A DNA stretch of 63,413 nucleotides, the filler included, from Octopus bimaculoides (lineage: Eukaryota), in the NCBI RefSeq assembly GCF_001194135.2. It is 8 parts of 7 records of this genome, joined end to end, with 100 filler letters (N's around TTAATTAATTAA, not from the genome) between each part and the next. Parts side by side here need not be neighbours in the genome. Positions count along the whole stretch, not along the records: positions 1 to 25,835 come from NC_069003.1; 7 more parts are not named here. One strand, written 5' to 3'. This document shows positions 11,899-24,840 of this stretch, piece after piece (position 1 is the stretch's first letter; the number at the start of each line of letters is the position of its first letter). Position numbers and translations under genes: made by a program. Below the pieces are notes generated by a model. It had not been told where the DNA came from. It searched no databases and worked only from the letters and a program-made list of their open reading frames with translations.

Positions 11899-11904
11899 AA
11901 TAAA
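11899..11904 (+). promoter_or_regulatory. AATAAA polyA signal of the LRR gene
   Basis: First AATAAA downstream of both stop codons. Confidence 0.45.
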
Positions 11905-12804
11905 AATACAGAATTTATTCCCAAAGTTGCTTTCATAAATCCCTGTAACCTTGTCGAGCCATCGAGACACCCACGAAGAATTTTTTCTTTGTGGCATAGG
12001 TTTCCTAAACTGGATGAGAAGACTTGGAATTAGCACAGAAATTTAACAAAAATAAAAGACAATTTTGTATGGTGTTGTCTCTGTAGCTGTAAACCTATAA
12101 ACACACTGTGGTGCCTGCTAACAGCTTGGTGGACTGAGCTGCTGAAAGTTAAGTGTATTATCAAGGACATAACACTGGACAATGACAAGATGCAAATTGC
12201 AGCTGCCTTGACTATTTGCTTCTTCATTATAAACTCAACATTCCACTCTCTCATATGTATTTATATAAATTCTTACAAAAGTTCTGTTTATCTTTTATCT
12301 TTTACTTGTTTCAGTCATGAGACTGTTGCCATGCTAGGGCATTGCCTTGAAGAATTTTTAGTTGAATGTATCAACCCCTGTACTTTTGTTTTTTTATAAA
12401 CCTGGTTCTTACTCTATCAGTCTCTGTTGAATGTACTGCTTGGTTCAGGGATCAATACCACAATCTTAATCCCCTAACCACTAGGCCATACACCTCCATG
12501 TTGTTCTGCTCTGTTTAGTTGAAAATGAGTGCCAGTCTAGTTCTGGTGCAGCCCCCTTTTTTTTTCTCTCTTCAGCTATCACATCTTTGATATTCTTGGG
12601 GATCAAGTGATGGGAAGTCTAAGAGGGTTTCTGTGTTTATTCAAAGTAGCACCGTATAAAGTCCTTTGGTAATGAATGAATGGCAATGTGTATTCATGGT
12701 ACATGCAAGGATGACTGTAAATCAGAACAGGCAGGTTGAATGTGAGACGGTTATTATCGTGTGTGTGTGTGTGTGTGCCTACGTGTATGTGTATATATAC
12801 TCTT

Positions 12805-13099
12805 TTTTTACTCTTTTACTTGTTTCAGTCTTTTCACTGCGGCCATGCTGGAGCACCGCCTTTAGTCGAGCAAATCGACCCCAGGACTTATTCTTTAGAA
12901 GCCTAGTACTTATTCTATCGGTCTCTTTTGCCGAACCGCTAAGTTACGGGGACATAAACACACCAGCATCGGTTGTCAAGCGATGTTGGGGGGACAAACA
13001 CAGACACACAAACACATGCATACATACATATATATATATACATATATACGACGGGCTTCTTTCAGTTTCTGTCTACCAAATCCACTCACAAGGCTCTGG
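12805..13099 (-). mobile_element. SINE family B (3' part, truncated by gap)
   Basis: Reverse complement of the consensus. Partial copy at 12295-12425. Confidence 0.85.
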
Positions 13100-14863
13100 N
13101 NNNNNNNNNNNNNNNNNNNNNNNNNNNNNNNNNNNNNNNNNNNNNNNNNNNNNNNNNNNNNNNNNNNNNNNNNNNNNNNNNNNNNNNNNNNNNNNNNNNN
13201 NNNNNNNNNNNNNNNNNNNNNNNNNNNNNNNNNNNNNNNNNNNNNNNNNNNNNNNNNNNNNNNNNNNNNNNNNNNNNNNNNNNNNNNNNNNNNNNNNNNN
13301 NNNNNNNNNNNNNNNNNNNNNNNNNNNNNNNNNNNATAAACAAATAGTAAATGAGTATATGCATATATACGTACAGGTATGTGCATACTGACACCCACCT
13401 GTATGTATAGGTGCATATCTGGGTACAGGACATTGCAAACAAACGTAGACGAGAACACACGAGCCACATAGAGAACATTCTACTTCATCAGCTACCCACG
13501 TTTTAACACCGGCGTGTATGTAATTATCTTTTCATACACTGGTTAGGCAAAACTTCAAATATATCCCATTTAGTAGGAGAAGCATAACAAAATAACCTAG
13601 CAGCAACTTTTAGCAAACCTCAGAAAGAAGGGGAGATAATTCTACGAAACCTGAAAAATATCTCGTGTAAATTAACTTCTGAAAGATTAATTCTTAATTT
13701 CTTGAAATTATCTCCGCCTTTTTATTTTAGAATCACTAATAAAAATTCTGCTGGTTCTTTTTTCTTTCGCTAATAAAGAACGAAATTTCAATTAAATTAA
13801 GAATTCTTTGGGGACAGTATACAGTTTATTACCTCTAATTTAAGCATCCAAATTCGTGTTCCATTTGAGTTATTTCCCTTAGCTGGATTTATTTATTTAT
13901 TTTTAATTACATAATACATACATCTCCATCTCATCATTCATAGCTGTGGTGGAAACCATCAACCAATCACTGACGTTATAGTATGTCACGTGATACTAGT
14001 ACGCGCCACATTCACAAAACTACATATTCACATAGAATATAGTGGTTAGTTACACACAATTATTTATACACACCTGTCTACAGAATTGTGTCAGTATGTA
14101 CGGTGTATAATATATAGATACACACACACACACACATATAAATATATATATTTATATACTCACACGCATACATGATATCACAACTACTGATTCCACTGCG
14201 GTATTTACAATTTATTGGAGAGAAGGACTTACAGGAGAAGATGCTAGCAGATATGTGGAACCATAGACGGAATTTATTAATGAAGAGTAGAGCAACATCG
14301 ACGCCTCCTCCACGTATCAACTTGTTCAATTAAATTCTAACTGTTTTCTCTATTAATGTTAGATGAGATGAACGTATAATACACACTTCAAGCTATGAAC
14401 AACATCACAATATCCTGTTCCTTTTTCTTTCTTTCTATCTAAATATTTAATCTGTGTGAACCACTTTTTATTACTATGAATCTGTTGAAAACTAAACTAT
14501 ACACAGCATCTATGCTCTGTGTGTGTATATAAATATACACAGTTAAAAGAGATTAAGGTGTATATATTTATGTGTGTGCGTGTAAGAGCAAGACAGAAAG
14601 ATACCGTGTTCATGAATTCGTTAATTGTTCCTACATCAAATATAGCTAAAGAAGACATGCCCTTGACGTGTTAAGTGCTGAATTTTGGGAACCAGATTTC
14701 ATTTCAAATTGCTAAAAATAAATCGGTAAATTGCTTTATTATTACTATTTTCCTTCTCTTAATAATTTTAGCTGTTGTGGATGTTATCTTGTCTGAGATC
14801 GCCACTGTTTATATATGAATTGATATAATGAATATGGTTCATAGTGTGTGGCGTGTTACATAG

Positions 14864-14937
14864 TATAAAAGATAAACTCCCTGCGAACATGTGTTCTTGG
14901 TACGGGTTCGATCCTAGACTGCTATCGCCCTTGCGGT
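14864..14937 (+). promoter_or_regulatory. Candidate TATA box and short non-coding exon of a third gene
   Basis: TATAAAAG at 14864-14871 and donor-like GCG|GTAAAA at 14936. Confidence 0.3.
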
Positions 14938-15473
14938 AAAACGCATGGACGTCTGTTTATTATTTTTGAATGCATCAACGATTACGCGAACCTTGCGCCT
15001 ATAATTTATAATACTGTAGATAAATATGTATTTCTTTCAACACACGTATCCACATCAAGAATCTTGCACACGAAATACACATACGAAATATGTAGAGATA
15101 CTTGTATAAAAAAAAATCATTATAATTCTATATAATATATGTATTCGGGAAGTAAAATTCTCACGAGAAATCTGTAAACTGTTTGTTACTAAGAAATGAC
15201 ATTTCACGTCATTATTTTCAGAGGTCTGTGACAAACACTAATGCCATTCCGTGTGTTATAATTCTGCATATCTAAATATATATATGGCAATTTTCGTTTT
15301 GATTTGAAGGCATGCGCCTATATATATATGTTTGTAATTGAATGTTAATTATTTAAACTCCAAAATAATTTCAAACCTTTCTTTCTTTATCTCATATAAA
15401 ACGTATTCTTTATACCTAAAATTTTTAAATTCTGTTAGATTAAAATAACTTTACTTAAACATTCAGTGACACA

Positions 15474-15534
15474 ATGGACATTTTATCTCGAGTAAATTCT
15501 GAATTGGATGAGGAAGAACATTCTTATGAAAACG
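15474..15534 (+). CDS. Candidate first coding exon of an unrecognised small gene (MDILSRVNSELDEEEHSYEN)
   Basis: TTCAG acceptor at 15465-15466, strong Kozak context ACAATGG, perfect G|GTAAGT donor at 15535 (phase 1). Confidence 0.5.
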
Positions 15535-17505
15535 GTAAGTGCTTCTTTCCTTTTCGTTTCTTTGTAAGCCCAAAGTGGAATTACTCTTAAGACGAGGCCG
15601 AAAAGTAAAATTTTACACGAACACCTAAAGTGTCTTTTCTTTTTTTATATTTAAACATTAAACCATAACAAGCAAAAGTACTTCTCGAATAGATAATAAT
15701 GTTTTCGATTATTTGATATCGAACCTTATGTCAACGATTGAACCCACTACACGCTTGTTCGGTCTGCTAGAAATAGCAGCCAATTATTCTTCAAATCTCA
15801 AGGAAAAGTAGAATGGATAATGTATTCTTGTGTTAAGCTTGAAGAGAGAGAGAGAGAAAGGAACGAGATGGTCACAATTAGATTGCCTTTGGTGCTAGGT
15901 CTGTTAATGGATTGCCAAAAATCGTTTGACATCGGACAAAATGCCTGCAGTATTCGCTTACGGTCCTATATGTTCTGAGTTCAAATCCCGCTTCAGTTAA
16001 CTTCGCCTTTTATCTTTATGGGTTCGATAGAATAACGTAATGTTGATTTAATAGCTCTGTAGAACATCTGTCCTAGATATGGGCTGGGAGCTAAACGGCA
16101 ATAAAACTTCTGAACTGTGTACACATCTGAATATAATTAAGAAACGTATGATTCCAGATTCTTAAATCGGAAAATTATCATTGGTAATATTTAAAAATGA
16201 TAAGTAGTAAATATATATATATAAAAATTCTATTGTGGATTTTCTTTAAAAATCCTGAAATCGTTCAGTTGTCATCTCATTCATTTCAATATTTTCTTTA
16301 TATACACCGTTGGGCTGAAAGCGGTTGTCTGAATTAATTAAACACGTTATTCATTCATTCATTATTAGAAGATTTATTTGATTGGTGTTGCTCCACATGT
16401 GTTTATTATATTGATCTTTGATTGATCTGGTAAAACATGAAGCAGATGAAGGCGTAGAAGATGCTAATACAATTTATGAAGTTGATTTTACAATAATCTT
16501 GAAAGATCGTTGATTTTTAATAAATCCGAATTATTTAAAGATATTTATAATTAATTTAAAGTATTTATATTCTAAATTAAGTTAAATCTCACATTTGCTG
16601 CTAAAATGAACTTAAAATATAAATTCTTCAACAACCTCTTTTTTCTTAAAGTGCATGTTGGTCGTTTCTTGTTTCGTAATTAAAAACTTTAATATGTTTC
16701 GCTCATTAAGTAATACTGGCGACAATTTAGTCAATGGTTTTTTGATATAGTACAATGCTTGAACTTTTGGAGTGGGATTATATGTCGACCTCAGTACTTG
16801 ATTGATACCTAATTTTATCAACCCATAGAGAATGAAAGACAAAGGTGACCTCGGCAGGATTTGAACTCAGAACGTAAAGAGCCAGACGAAATACTGCTAA
16901 GCATTTTTCTGATAATAAATAAATTTAGTTATATTTTATGTATGGTTATTAGACAAACCATACACATAATTTTAAAATTCCGATTTATATCTCACTTTTC
17001 GTACTTTTAAGGGTTTCCGTGTCATACAACTCAAAGATTTATTATCTGAATCCCCACTTAATGAATTTAAATTAACGATTAGATTATAAAAGATGCGGAT
17101 GGAATAAGGAAATATAGTTTTTCTGCACGAAATTATATTTCATCCGTTTTTTTTTTTTTTTTTTTTTTTCCATCAATGTCCTAGAGTGAAATGAAACTGA
17201 AACAAAGATGCTTTTTGTTGTGTAATCTATTTCGTAAATATGTTCGGTTTTTCTGGATTGCTACTGTGTAGTGGTTGATAAACATTTCATCATTATCATC
17301 ATCACCACCACCATCTTCTTCATTAATCTTGATTTTCTCGTATCTTACTTCAGCTGCTGCTACAATTAGTGCGTTGTTAATAGTTCTATGACTCATCTGT
17401 GTGTGTGTGTGTTTTATATGATACACACACACACACACACACGTCTACATGTATATATATAATACGATGGCCTCTCTCGCTAGTTTTATCTTGTTATTCG
17501 TGCAG

Positions 17506-17621
17506 CAGACCTACATTCTCGAGTTCATTATAATGTAAAACTGCTTGAGTATCCCACAAACACTTATACTCAGTCTTGTCGTAGTTTCCTAAACAGAATC
17601 TGTTATAAGGTTGGGCCATAG
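17506..17621 (+). CDS. Candidate second exon (ADLHSRVHYNVKLLEYPTNTYTQSCRSFLNRICYKVGP*)
   Basis: Long pyrimidine tract and NAGNAG acceptor GCAG|CAG; the phase-1 frame is open to TAG at 17619-17621. Possible internal donor AAG|GTTGGG at 17610. Confidence 0.35.
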
Positions 17622-18111
17622 AATAATAGATACATTGTCAATCCATTAAGCTTCCACGCAGTTTCCATCTGCTTCCTTACATTCACAAGGTTTGGCTTGA
17701 CCTGAGTTCATGACTGCAGTCTTAATTTTAGTTCGTTTCATACTTGCCCAGCTCTGAATTCAGTCTTACTGTACAACAGTGAGAATATATATATACATAT
17801 ATATGATAGATGGATAGAATATATATAAATGGAAGTTAAATGATAGTGATACAAACTTGTCACTTGTTCAAATATACTTGGGACAAAATTTCTGCAGATA
17901 AGGTGTAAACACACCAAGATATACATTGCAGGGTGCTGCCTAAAGTAAACACCTGGAATATCTGATCCCCACACCCATCTCTGAAGAGTGCAGGGTACAT
18001 AATCGGGTTGTTACTAACACTCCATTGAACCTCTAGTGTGAAACTAATTGATAAGATTGGCTGTAATGGATATATAATATTGTACACTTCTATTAATATA
18101 TATATATATTG

Positions 18112-18453
18112 TGGGTAAGTAGCTTGCTTGCCAACCACATGGTTCCAGGTTCAGTCCCACTGCGTGGCACCTTGGGCAAGTGTCTTCTACTATAGCCTCG
18201 GGCCAACCAAAGCCTTGTGAGTGGATTTGGTAGACGGAAACTGAAAGAAGCCCGTCATGTATATATATATATATATATTTCTGCTGCTTTTAAATAAAGC
18301 ATATNNNNNNNNNNGACGGAAACTGAAAGAAGCCCGTCATGTATATATATATATATATATTTCTGCTGCTTTTAAATAAAGCATATTACTCTACCTCTGG
18401 TATTTGAGTACTCTTTTTTCCACCTTGTTGCACATTTCATGTGCTTACTCCGG

Positions 18454-18484
<31 letters not shown>

Positions 18485-18665
18485 ATGTTTGTGTTTCTGT
18501 GTTTGTCCCCCTACATCGCTTGACAACTGATGCTGGTGTTTTTCGTCCCTGTAACTTAGCAGTTCGACAAAAGAGACCGATGGGATAAGTACTAGGCTTA
18601 CAAAGAATAATTCATGGGGGGGTCGATTTGCTCGGCTAAAGGCGGTGCTCCAGCATGGCCGCAAT
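18112..18665 (+). mobile_element. SINE family B
   Basis: Spans a 10-N gap with a duplicated junction. Confidence 0.8.
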
Positions 18666-19259
18666 CAAGTGTGGTTGGTTTCAGCATAGAAAAGTAGGAA
18701 TATTTGGGCCTGATATGGCATCCAGCTGTAGAAACTCTGCCAGATCAGATTGGAGCCTGGTGTAGCCTGCTGGCTTGCCAGTCCTCAGTCAAATCGTCCA
18801 ACCCATGCTAGCATGGAAAGCGGATGTTAAACGACGATGATGATGGCTGGTTTAAATGCTCAAAGAGTTAAACTACATGGAATAATCAGCCATATGTTGT
18901 ATATTTATGATGAGCTTCTTAGCCAAACAGAAATAAAACAGCAGCAAAAATCGTTGCTATCTTTGTTAGGTAGCTGACAACATAAGTGTGCTGCCGATGT
19001 GGATTTATCAATGTAAACTAACTTACAACCGGAATATGTAAGGAGAAATTCTTGAAATTCTCCTCTGACTGCTGCGTGTTTTCCACTGTTTGCCCTACTC
19101 AAAGATTCTTGCAATGTGGTTTGTGAGGACCACGCCGTCAAATTATGATGACATTTTCAACATCCACTTCACTTGGCGGATGCTATAACCATTCTCGTGC
19201 CTCCCTTTCTCCTCTCCTCCCCTCTCTTAAGTGCTTTTGCGTGTGTGTGTGTAAAAGTA

Positions 19260-19456
19260 TGTGTATCTGCATATTCGTTTATTCTTTTAGTTGAACAAAG
19301 CGACCCCAGAACTTATTCTTTGTATGCCTACTACTTATTTTATCAATCTCTTTTGCTGAACTGCTAAGTTACAGGGACATAAACACACCAGCATTGGTTG
19401 TCAAGCTATGGTGGGTGGGAGACAAACACAGACACACAAATGTATACACACACACA

Positions 19457-19494
<38 letters not shown>

Positions 19495-19640
19495 CACGAT
19501 AGGCATTTTTCAGTTCTGTCTACCAAATCCACTCACAAGACCTTGGTCGGCGTGAGGCTATAGTAGAAGACACTTGCCTAAGGTGCCATGCAGTGGGACT
19601 GAACCCAGAACAATGTGGTTGGGAAGCAAGCTTCTTACCA
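19260..19640 (-). mobile_element. SINE family B
   Basis: Full length with internal (CA)n. Further minus copies at 20341-20566, 23790-24172, 25585-25835, 27435-28045, 37495-37680, 55190-55352 and 56335-56430. Confidence 0.85.
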
Positions 19641-19865
19641 CAATAATAATAATTTCAAATTTTTCACACAAGGCCAGCAAGTTCAAGAGAAGGAGGTTAG
19701 GTCAATTATATCAACCCCAGTATTCAACTGGTACTTATTTTATCGACCCCGAAAGGTTGAAAGGCAAAGTTGACCTTTGCATACCCGGCATGGTAATAAT
19801 TCTGCCATCTCACCACCTTAATAATAATAATAATAATAATAATAATTAATAATGTTTTTTCTACT

Positions 19866-20048
19866 CAAGGCACAAGGCCTGAAAGTATTTTGGCGGGGAG
19901 GGGGCTAGTTGAATACATCAATTTCAGTGTATAACTGGTACTTATTTTATTGACCCTTGGCGGAATTTGAACTCAGAACATAGCAACTAGTGAAATACCA
20001 CAAAGCATTTTGCCTGGCACGCTAACGATTCTGCCAGTTTGCTGCCTT
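19866..20048 (-). mobile_element. SINE family A
   Basis: Reverse complement of the family-A consensus, flanked by (AAT)n. Partial copy at 19660-19785. Confidence 0.8.
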
Positions 20049-20104
20049 AATAATAATAATTATAATAATAATAATAATTACATTGATAACAATAATCTTT
20101 TCTA

Positions 20105-20315
20105 CTAAAGGCACAAGGCCTGCAATTTTTTTTATGTAGAAGGGACTAATGAATTAACCAACCCCAGTGCGTAACCGATACTTAGTTTATCAACCCTGAA
20201 ACTATGAAAGGCTAAAGTCGACCTTGTTGGAATTTGAACTCAGAACGCAGTGACGGGCGAAATACTGCTAAACATTTCGTCCAGTGTGCTAACGATTCTG
20301 CCAGCTCACCGCCTT
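20105..20315 (-). mobile_element. SINE family A
   Basis: As above; (AAT)n on both sides. Confidence 0.85.
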
Positions 20316-21170
20316 CAATAATAATAATAATAATAATAATATTCTTTACTCTTTACTTGTTTCAGTCATTTGACTGCGGCCATGCTGGAGCACCGCTTTT
20401 AGTCGAACAAATCGACCCCAGGACTTATTCTTTTGTAAGCCTAGTACTTTTTCTATCGGTCTCTTTTGCTGAACCACTAAGTTACAGGGATGTAAATACA
20501 CCAGCATCGGTTGTCAAGCGATGTTGGGGGGACAAACACAGACGCACAAACACACATACATACATANNNNNNNNNNNNNNNNNNNNNNNNNNNNNNNNNN
20601 NNNNNNNNNNNNNNNNNNNNNNNNNNNNNNNNNNNNNNNNNNNNNNNNNNNNNNNNNNNNNNNNNNNNNNNNNNNNNNNNNNNNNNNNNNNNNNNNNNNN
20701 NNNNNNNNNNNNNNNNNNNNNNNNNNNNNNNNNNNNNNNNNNNNNNNNNNNNNNNNNNNNNNNNNNNNNNNNNNNNNNNNNNNNNNNNNNNNNNNNNNNN
20801 NNNNNNNNNNNNNNNNNNNNNNNNNNNNNNNNNNNNNNNNNNNNNNNNNNNNNNNNNNNNNNNNNNNNNNNNNNNNNNNNNNNNNNNNNNNNNNNNNNNN
20901 NNNNNNNNNNNNNNNNNNNNNNNNNNNNNNNNNNNNNNNNNNNNNNNNNNNNNNNNNNNNNNNNNNNNNNNNNNNNNNNNNNNNNNNNNNNNNNNNNNNN
21001 NNNNNNNNNNNNNNNNNNNNNNNNNNNNNNNNNNNNNNNNNNNNNNNNNNNNNNNNNNNNNNNNNNNNNNNNNNNNNNNNNNNNNNNNNNNNNNNNNNNN
21101 NNNNNNNNNNNNNNNNNNNNNNNNNNNNNNNNNNNNNNNNNNNNNNNNNNNNNNNNNNNNNNNNNNNNNC

Positions 21171-21472
21171 AAACAGCATTTCAACCCTGTGTGAGGATTT
21201 TCGAGTGAGATCGTTGCCAGTGCTCCTGGACTGGCTCTTGTGCGGGTGGCACATAAAAGACACCATTTCGAGCGTGGCCGTTTTCGTGCGGGTGACACGT
21301 AAAAGCACCCACTACACTCTCTGAGTGGTTGGCGTTAGGAAGGGCATCCAGCTGTAGAAACTCTGCCAAATTAGATTGGCGCCTGGTGTTGCCATCCGGT
21401 TTCACCAGTCTTCAGTCAAATCGTCCAACCCATGCTAGCATGGAAAGCGAACGTTAAACGATGATGATGATG
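21171..21472 (+). mobile_element. Retroposon family C (RTE 3'-tail-like, ends in (GAT)n)
   Basis: GGTTGGCGTTAGGAAGGGCATCCAGC...CCATGCTAGCATGGAAAGCGGACGTTAAACGATGATG. Copies also at 3200-3390(+), 9955-10185(-), 18720-18843(+), 48374-48512(+), 50885-51015(-), 56025-56320(-) and 63165-63413(-). Confidence 0.8.
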
Positions 21473-21807
21473 TGAGTATATGTGTGTGTATGTAAAAGGG
21501 AGGTATAAGAATGTGTGTGTGTGTGACCCAGCGTTCTTTCAGTAACAAACGATGATCAACAGACAACCACCAGATAACATTGACAAGTGTATTAATTTGA
21601 TTTACCATCCATATTTATATATAAAATACTACAGTTAACCGTCATTTTTGACGGTATGGGGCCAGCTGGTCTATATTATAATACTAACTATTGACATAAC
21701 TTTGAAGTCACTGTCTATAAAGTTATTAACATCTGACTCCACATTTGTCCTTTTTTCAGTTGATGTTCATGTAATTTATATAGTTTTTAAGTATAGAGAC
21801 ATCATTA

Positions 21808-22140
21808 GTGGCTGTGTGGTAAGAAGCTTGCTTCCTAACCACATGATACAGGGTTCAGTCCCACTGCATGGCACCTTGAGCAAGTGTTTACTATAGCTAT
21901 AAGCCTTGTGAGTGGATTTGGTAGACAGAAACTGAAAGAATGCGTGTGTGTGTGTGTCCACCACCACTGCTTGACAACCGGTGTTGGTTTGTTTATGTCT
22001 CCGTAACTTAGTGGTTCAGCAAAAGAAACCAATAGAATAAGTAGTAGGCTTTAAAAAAACGTAAAAAGGTACTGGAGTTGATTCATCTGACTAAAATTCT
22101 TCAAGGTCGTGCCCCAGTCTGGCCACAGTTTAATGGCTGA
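21808..22140 (+). mobile_element. SINE family B
   Basis: Full length with a deletion. Further plus copies at 33325-33480, 35950-36165 and 57935-58086. Confidence 0.85.
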
Positions 22141-22491
22141 AAAAATGTAAAAGAATATATATATAAATGCATATATATATATATGTACACACAGACATAT
22201 ACATACACATATACAGACATATACACACTCACATACATATGGTCCAAAAATACCAAAAAAAAAAACCCATGAAAACACAGTAAAGAACAACAAACCGGAT
22301 GTATTTGATGGTCGGGAAAAATGAAAGAAGTCTTTAATGTTTTGAGTCTACACTCTTCTACAGAAAGAATAAATGAGGAGAGAAGAAAAAAAGAATATAA
22401 AATCGGCCTTATTTAACATCCATTTTCTCTGCTGGCATGGTAGGAGACATCCAGACATAAACACAAACATATGTATGAATGTGTGCATGTT

Positions 22492-22563
<72 letters not shown>

Positions 22564-22699
22564 CTGTATTATCTTGATTTTCATTTTATGTCTGCTATCA
22601 CAGACTGGTGCTTGTTGTCATAGTTTCGGTTTCTATGGTAATTCTTAGTGGGAACTGCTGCTTCTGTTGACTAATGCTTGTATGTGTCATTGACTTGGT

Positions 22700-22975
22700 T
22701 ACTCTGCCCGGATGCTTTTTCTTATGGCACCAACTCTTGAGAAGTTGTCATGTCCTTGGGAAGACAAGATTAAAGAGTCTTTCATAATTCCTCCTTCGTC
22801 TTTCCCATCCACAAACCTCTACTAACTTGGATTATGTTGCACTTCATTATGCAATAGTCCTTCCTTTCTATTGCAGGCCCATACCAGGACAGCCTTCCCT
22901 TTTCAGCGTCCTATCTGATTCCTCTTGTATCCATTTTTCTCTCAACTCTTGTTGTGATGTTGTGAGCCATTATAG
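22700..22975 (-). mobile_element. RTE-clade LINE ORF2 C-terminal remnant
   Basis: Disrupted translation ELREK..TRGIR*DAEKGRLSWYG..KDYCIMKC resembles the RTE end motif RRLRWYGHV. Confidence 0.55.
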
Positions 22976-23843
22976 CTAGCAGGGGTTGATTTAAAAAGAG
23001 TGCCATGTTCTGTAATCTGGTGGTAACCAAAGAAACTAAGTGGGGAAGTGTTGTGTCATTCATGCATTTCTTGATTGTTACAGTGTGAAGGGAGTTTGCT
23101 TTACCTGGGTCTTTGCCATGTATTTCTGTCTTGAATTGCTTGGTTATGTTTTGTATGCCCTTTAGATCATCTGGACGACATGAGAGGTCAGACTATTCTG
23201 TACACCATGTTTTTACTGGTAACATACATTCCAAGTAGTTAAGGTGGCTATTCCTTATAACTAGGTGAACTCAAGCTATTTACCAAACAACTAAAGGTCC
23301 TAGGTTAAGAGACACACCCCAAGCACTTGAAATGGTCTTTTACTGTGAAATTTGTAATTGCTGTATGTTAACCTCTTAACATACACATTTTCTTTTTTTT
23401 TTTTTTTCAATTTCCATGCAAAACATATTTTTAATTATTCAGTTTGAATCTGTAAATAAGGAAAGATAAGTACACAAATTATTTTGGATCAGTTTATGAT
23501 TCATTATGAAGTTACTGATAGAAATTCTAGTTGCTGATAGTTAATGATAGAATAACGAGAATAACATAATGAACGAAGTATTTTGGGTTAGAAATAAGTG
23601 ACAGATATCCTCAGAGTACAGCGAACATATATTTTCGTTCAAATATATATTTACCAGACATCTCTGAATCAAAATATACAGGATAATGTGTAAAGAGGTT
23701 AAGTTGTAAATGAATTATCATCCTTGTCACCACCATTGGTTAACTCTTTAGCATTCAGACTACTTTGTTAAATGTAATGCATATTTCTATTCTTTTACTT
23801 ATTTCAGTCATTTGACTGTGGCCAAGCTGGAGCACTGCCTTAA

Positions 23844-24057
23844 CCCTTTCGTTACTGTATTTATTTTGAGATGCTCTGAGTTTCTTTAAATTATTTTAAA
23901 TATAACAAAGAATTTAGTAAAATGACTTGGTTATCATTCAGCTGGTGTTAGGAACATAAATTGTGACTAAGGTTTGGTGGGAGATTTTAATTCAGAACTT
24001 ATGAAAACAAGACATTTGTACTCAGAGCCAGTTTCAGCCAGGTTGGTATCAAAAGGG
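23844..24057. mobile_element. piggyBac-type MITE inserted in a family-B SINE
   Basis: TTAA|CCCTTTCGTTAC...GTATCAAAAGGG|TTAA; SINE sequence resumes on both sides. Confidence 0.85.
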
Positions 24058-24454
24058 TTAAAGGGATTTTTAGTTGAAGAAATCGACCCCAGGATTTATT
24101 TTTTGTAAGCCTATTACTTATTCTATTGATCTCTTTTGCCGAACTGCTAAGCTACGGGGGATGTAAACACATCAACAGCTTGCTGCCTTAATAATAATGC
24201 TTAATGGTTTGCCGACATTACTTTGTAAGGATCATAGGGCTGGTTTCTTGGTTTTTTTCAGGAGTATATATTCCTCCTGGATGGGACACCAGTCCGTCAG
24301 AGGGTTACTCATTTTTGTCTGCTGAGTGAACTGGAGCAACGAGAGATGAAGTGTTTTGCTCAAGGAGACAATGTATCACCCGGCTCTGAAATCGAAACCA
24401 CAATCTTATAATGATGAGCCCAACTCCCTAACCACTAGGCCATGCACCTCCACA

Positions 24455-24810
24455 GTGTGTGTGCATCTCTGATCATGAGCAGAAGTAGTGGTGGAGCATC
24501 ATGATGAGAGGAATTGTTTGGGGTTTGGATAAATCACCGTTCAGCATCCCTAAACAACCCTTAATCAGGAACCTTTTGAGCAGGATGGGCGACTCGACCT
24601 GAAGAAAATTCTAACTGGGACCCACCTGTAAGGTCATGCGCTGTTAATCTTGATATGAAATCACCATGTCGTGCACATATGGTTGTGATGCATGTGCCTG
24701 GTGTACCCTTATCAGACAGGTAGTCATGATGGGTATAACGGACTTCGTATAGTTGTACCCCAGTGTCACTTTGATGGCATGCACTGCTCTTTCACTCAAT
24801 AATAATAATT
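24455..24810 (+). mobile_element. Interspersed retroposon-like segment ending in (AAT)n
   Basis: Non-coding block ending ...CTCACTCAATAATAATAAT, a LINE/SINE tail-like end. Family not identified. Confidence 0.35.
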
Positions 24811-24840
24811 ATTATTATAATAATCTGATATTAAATATTA

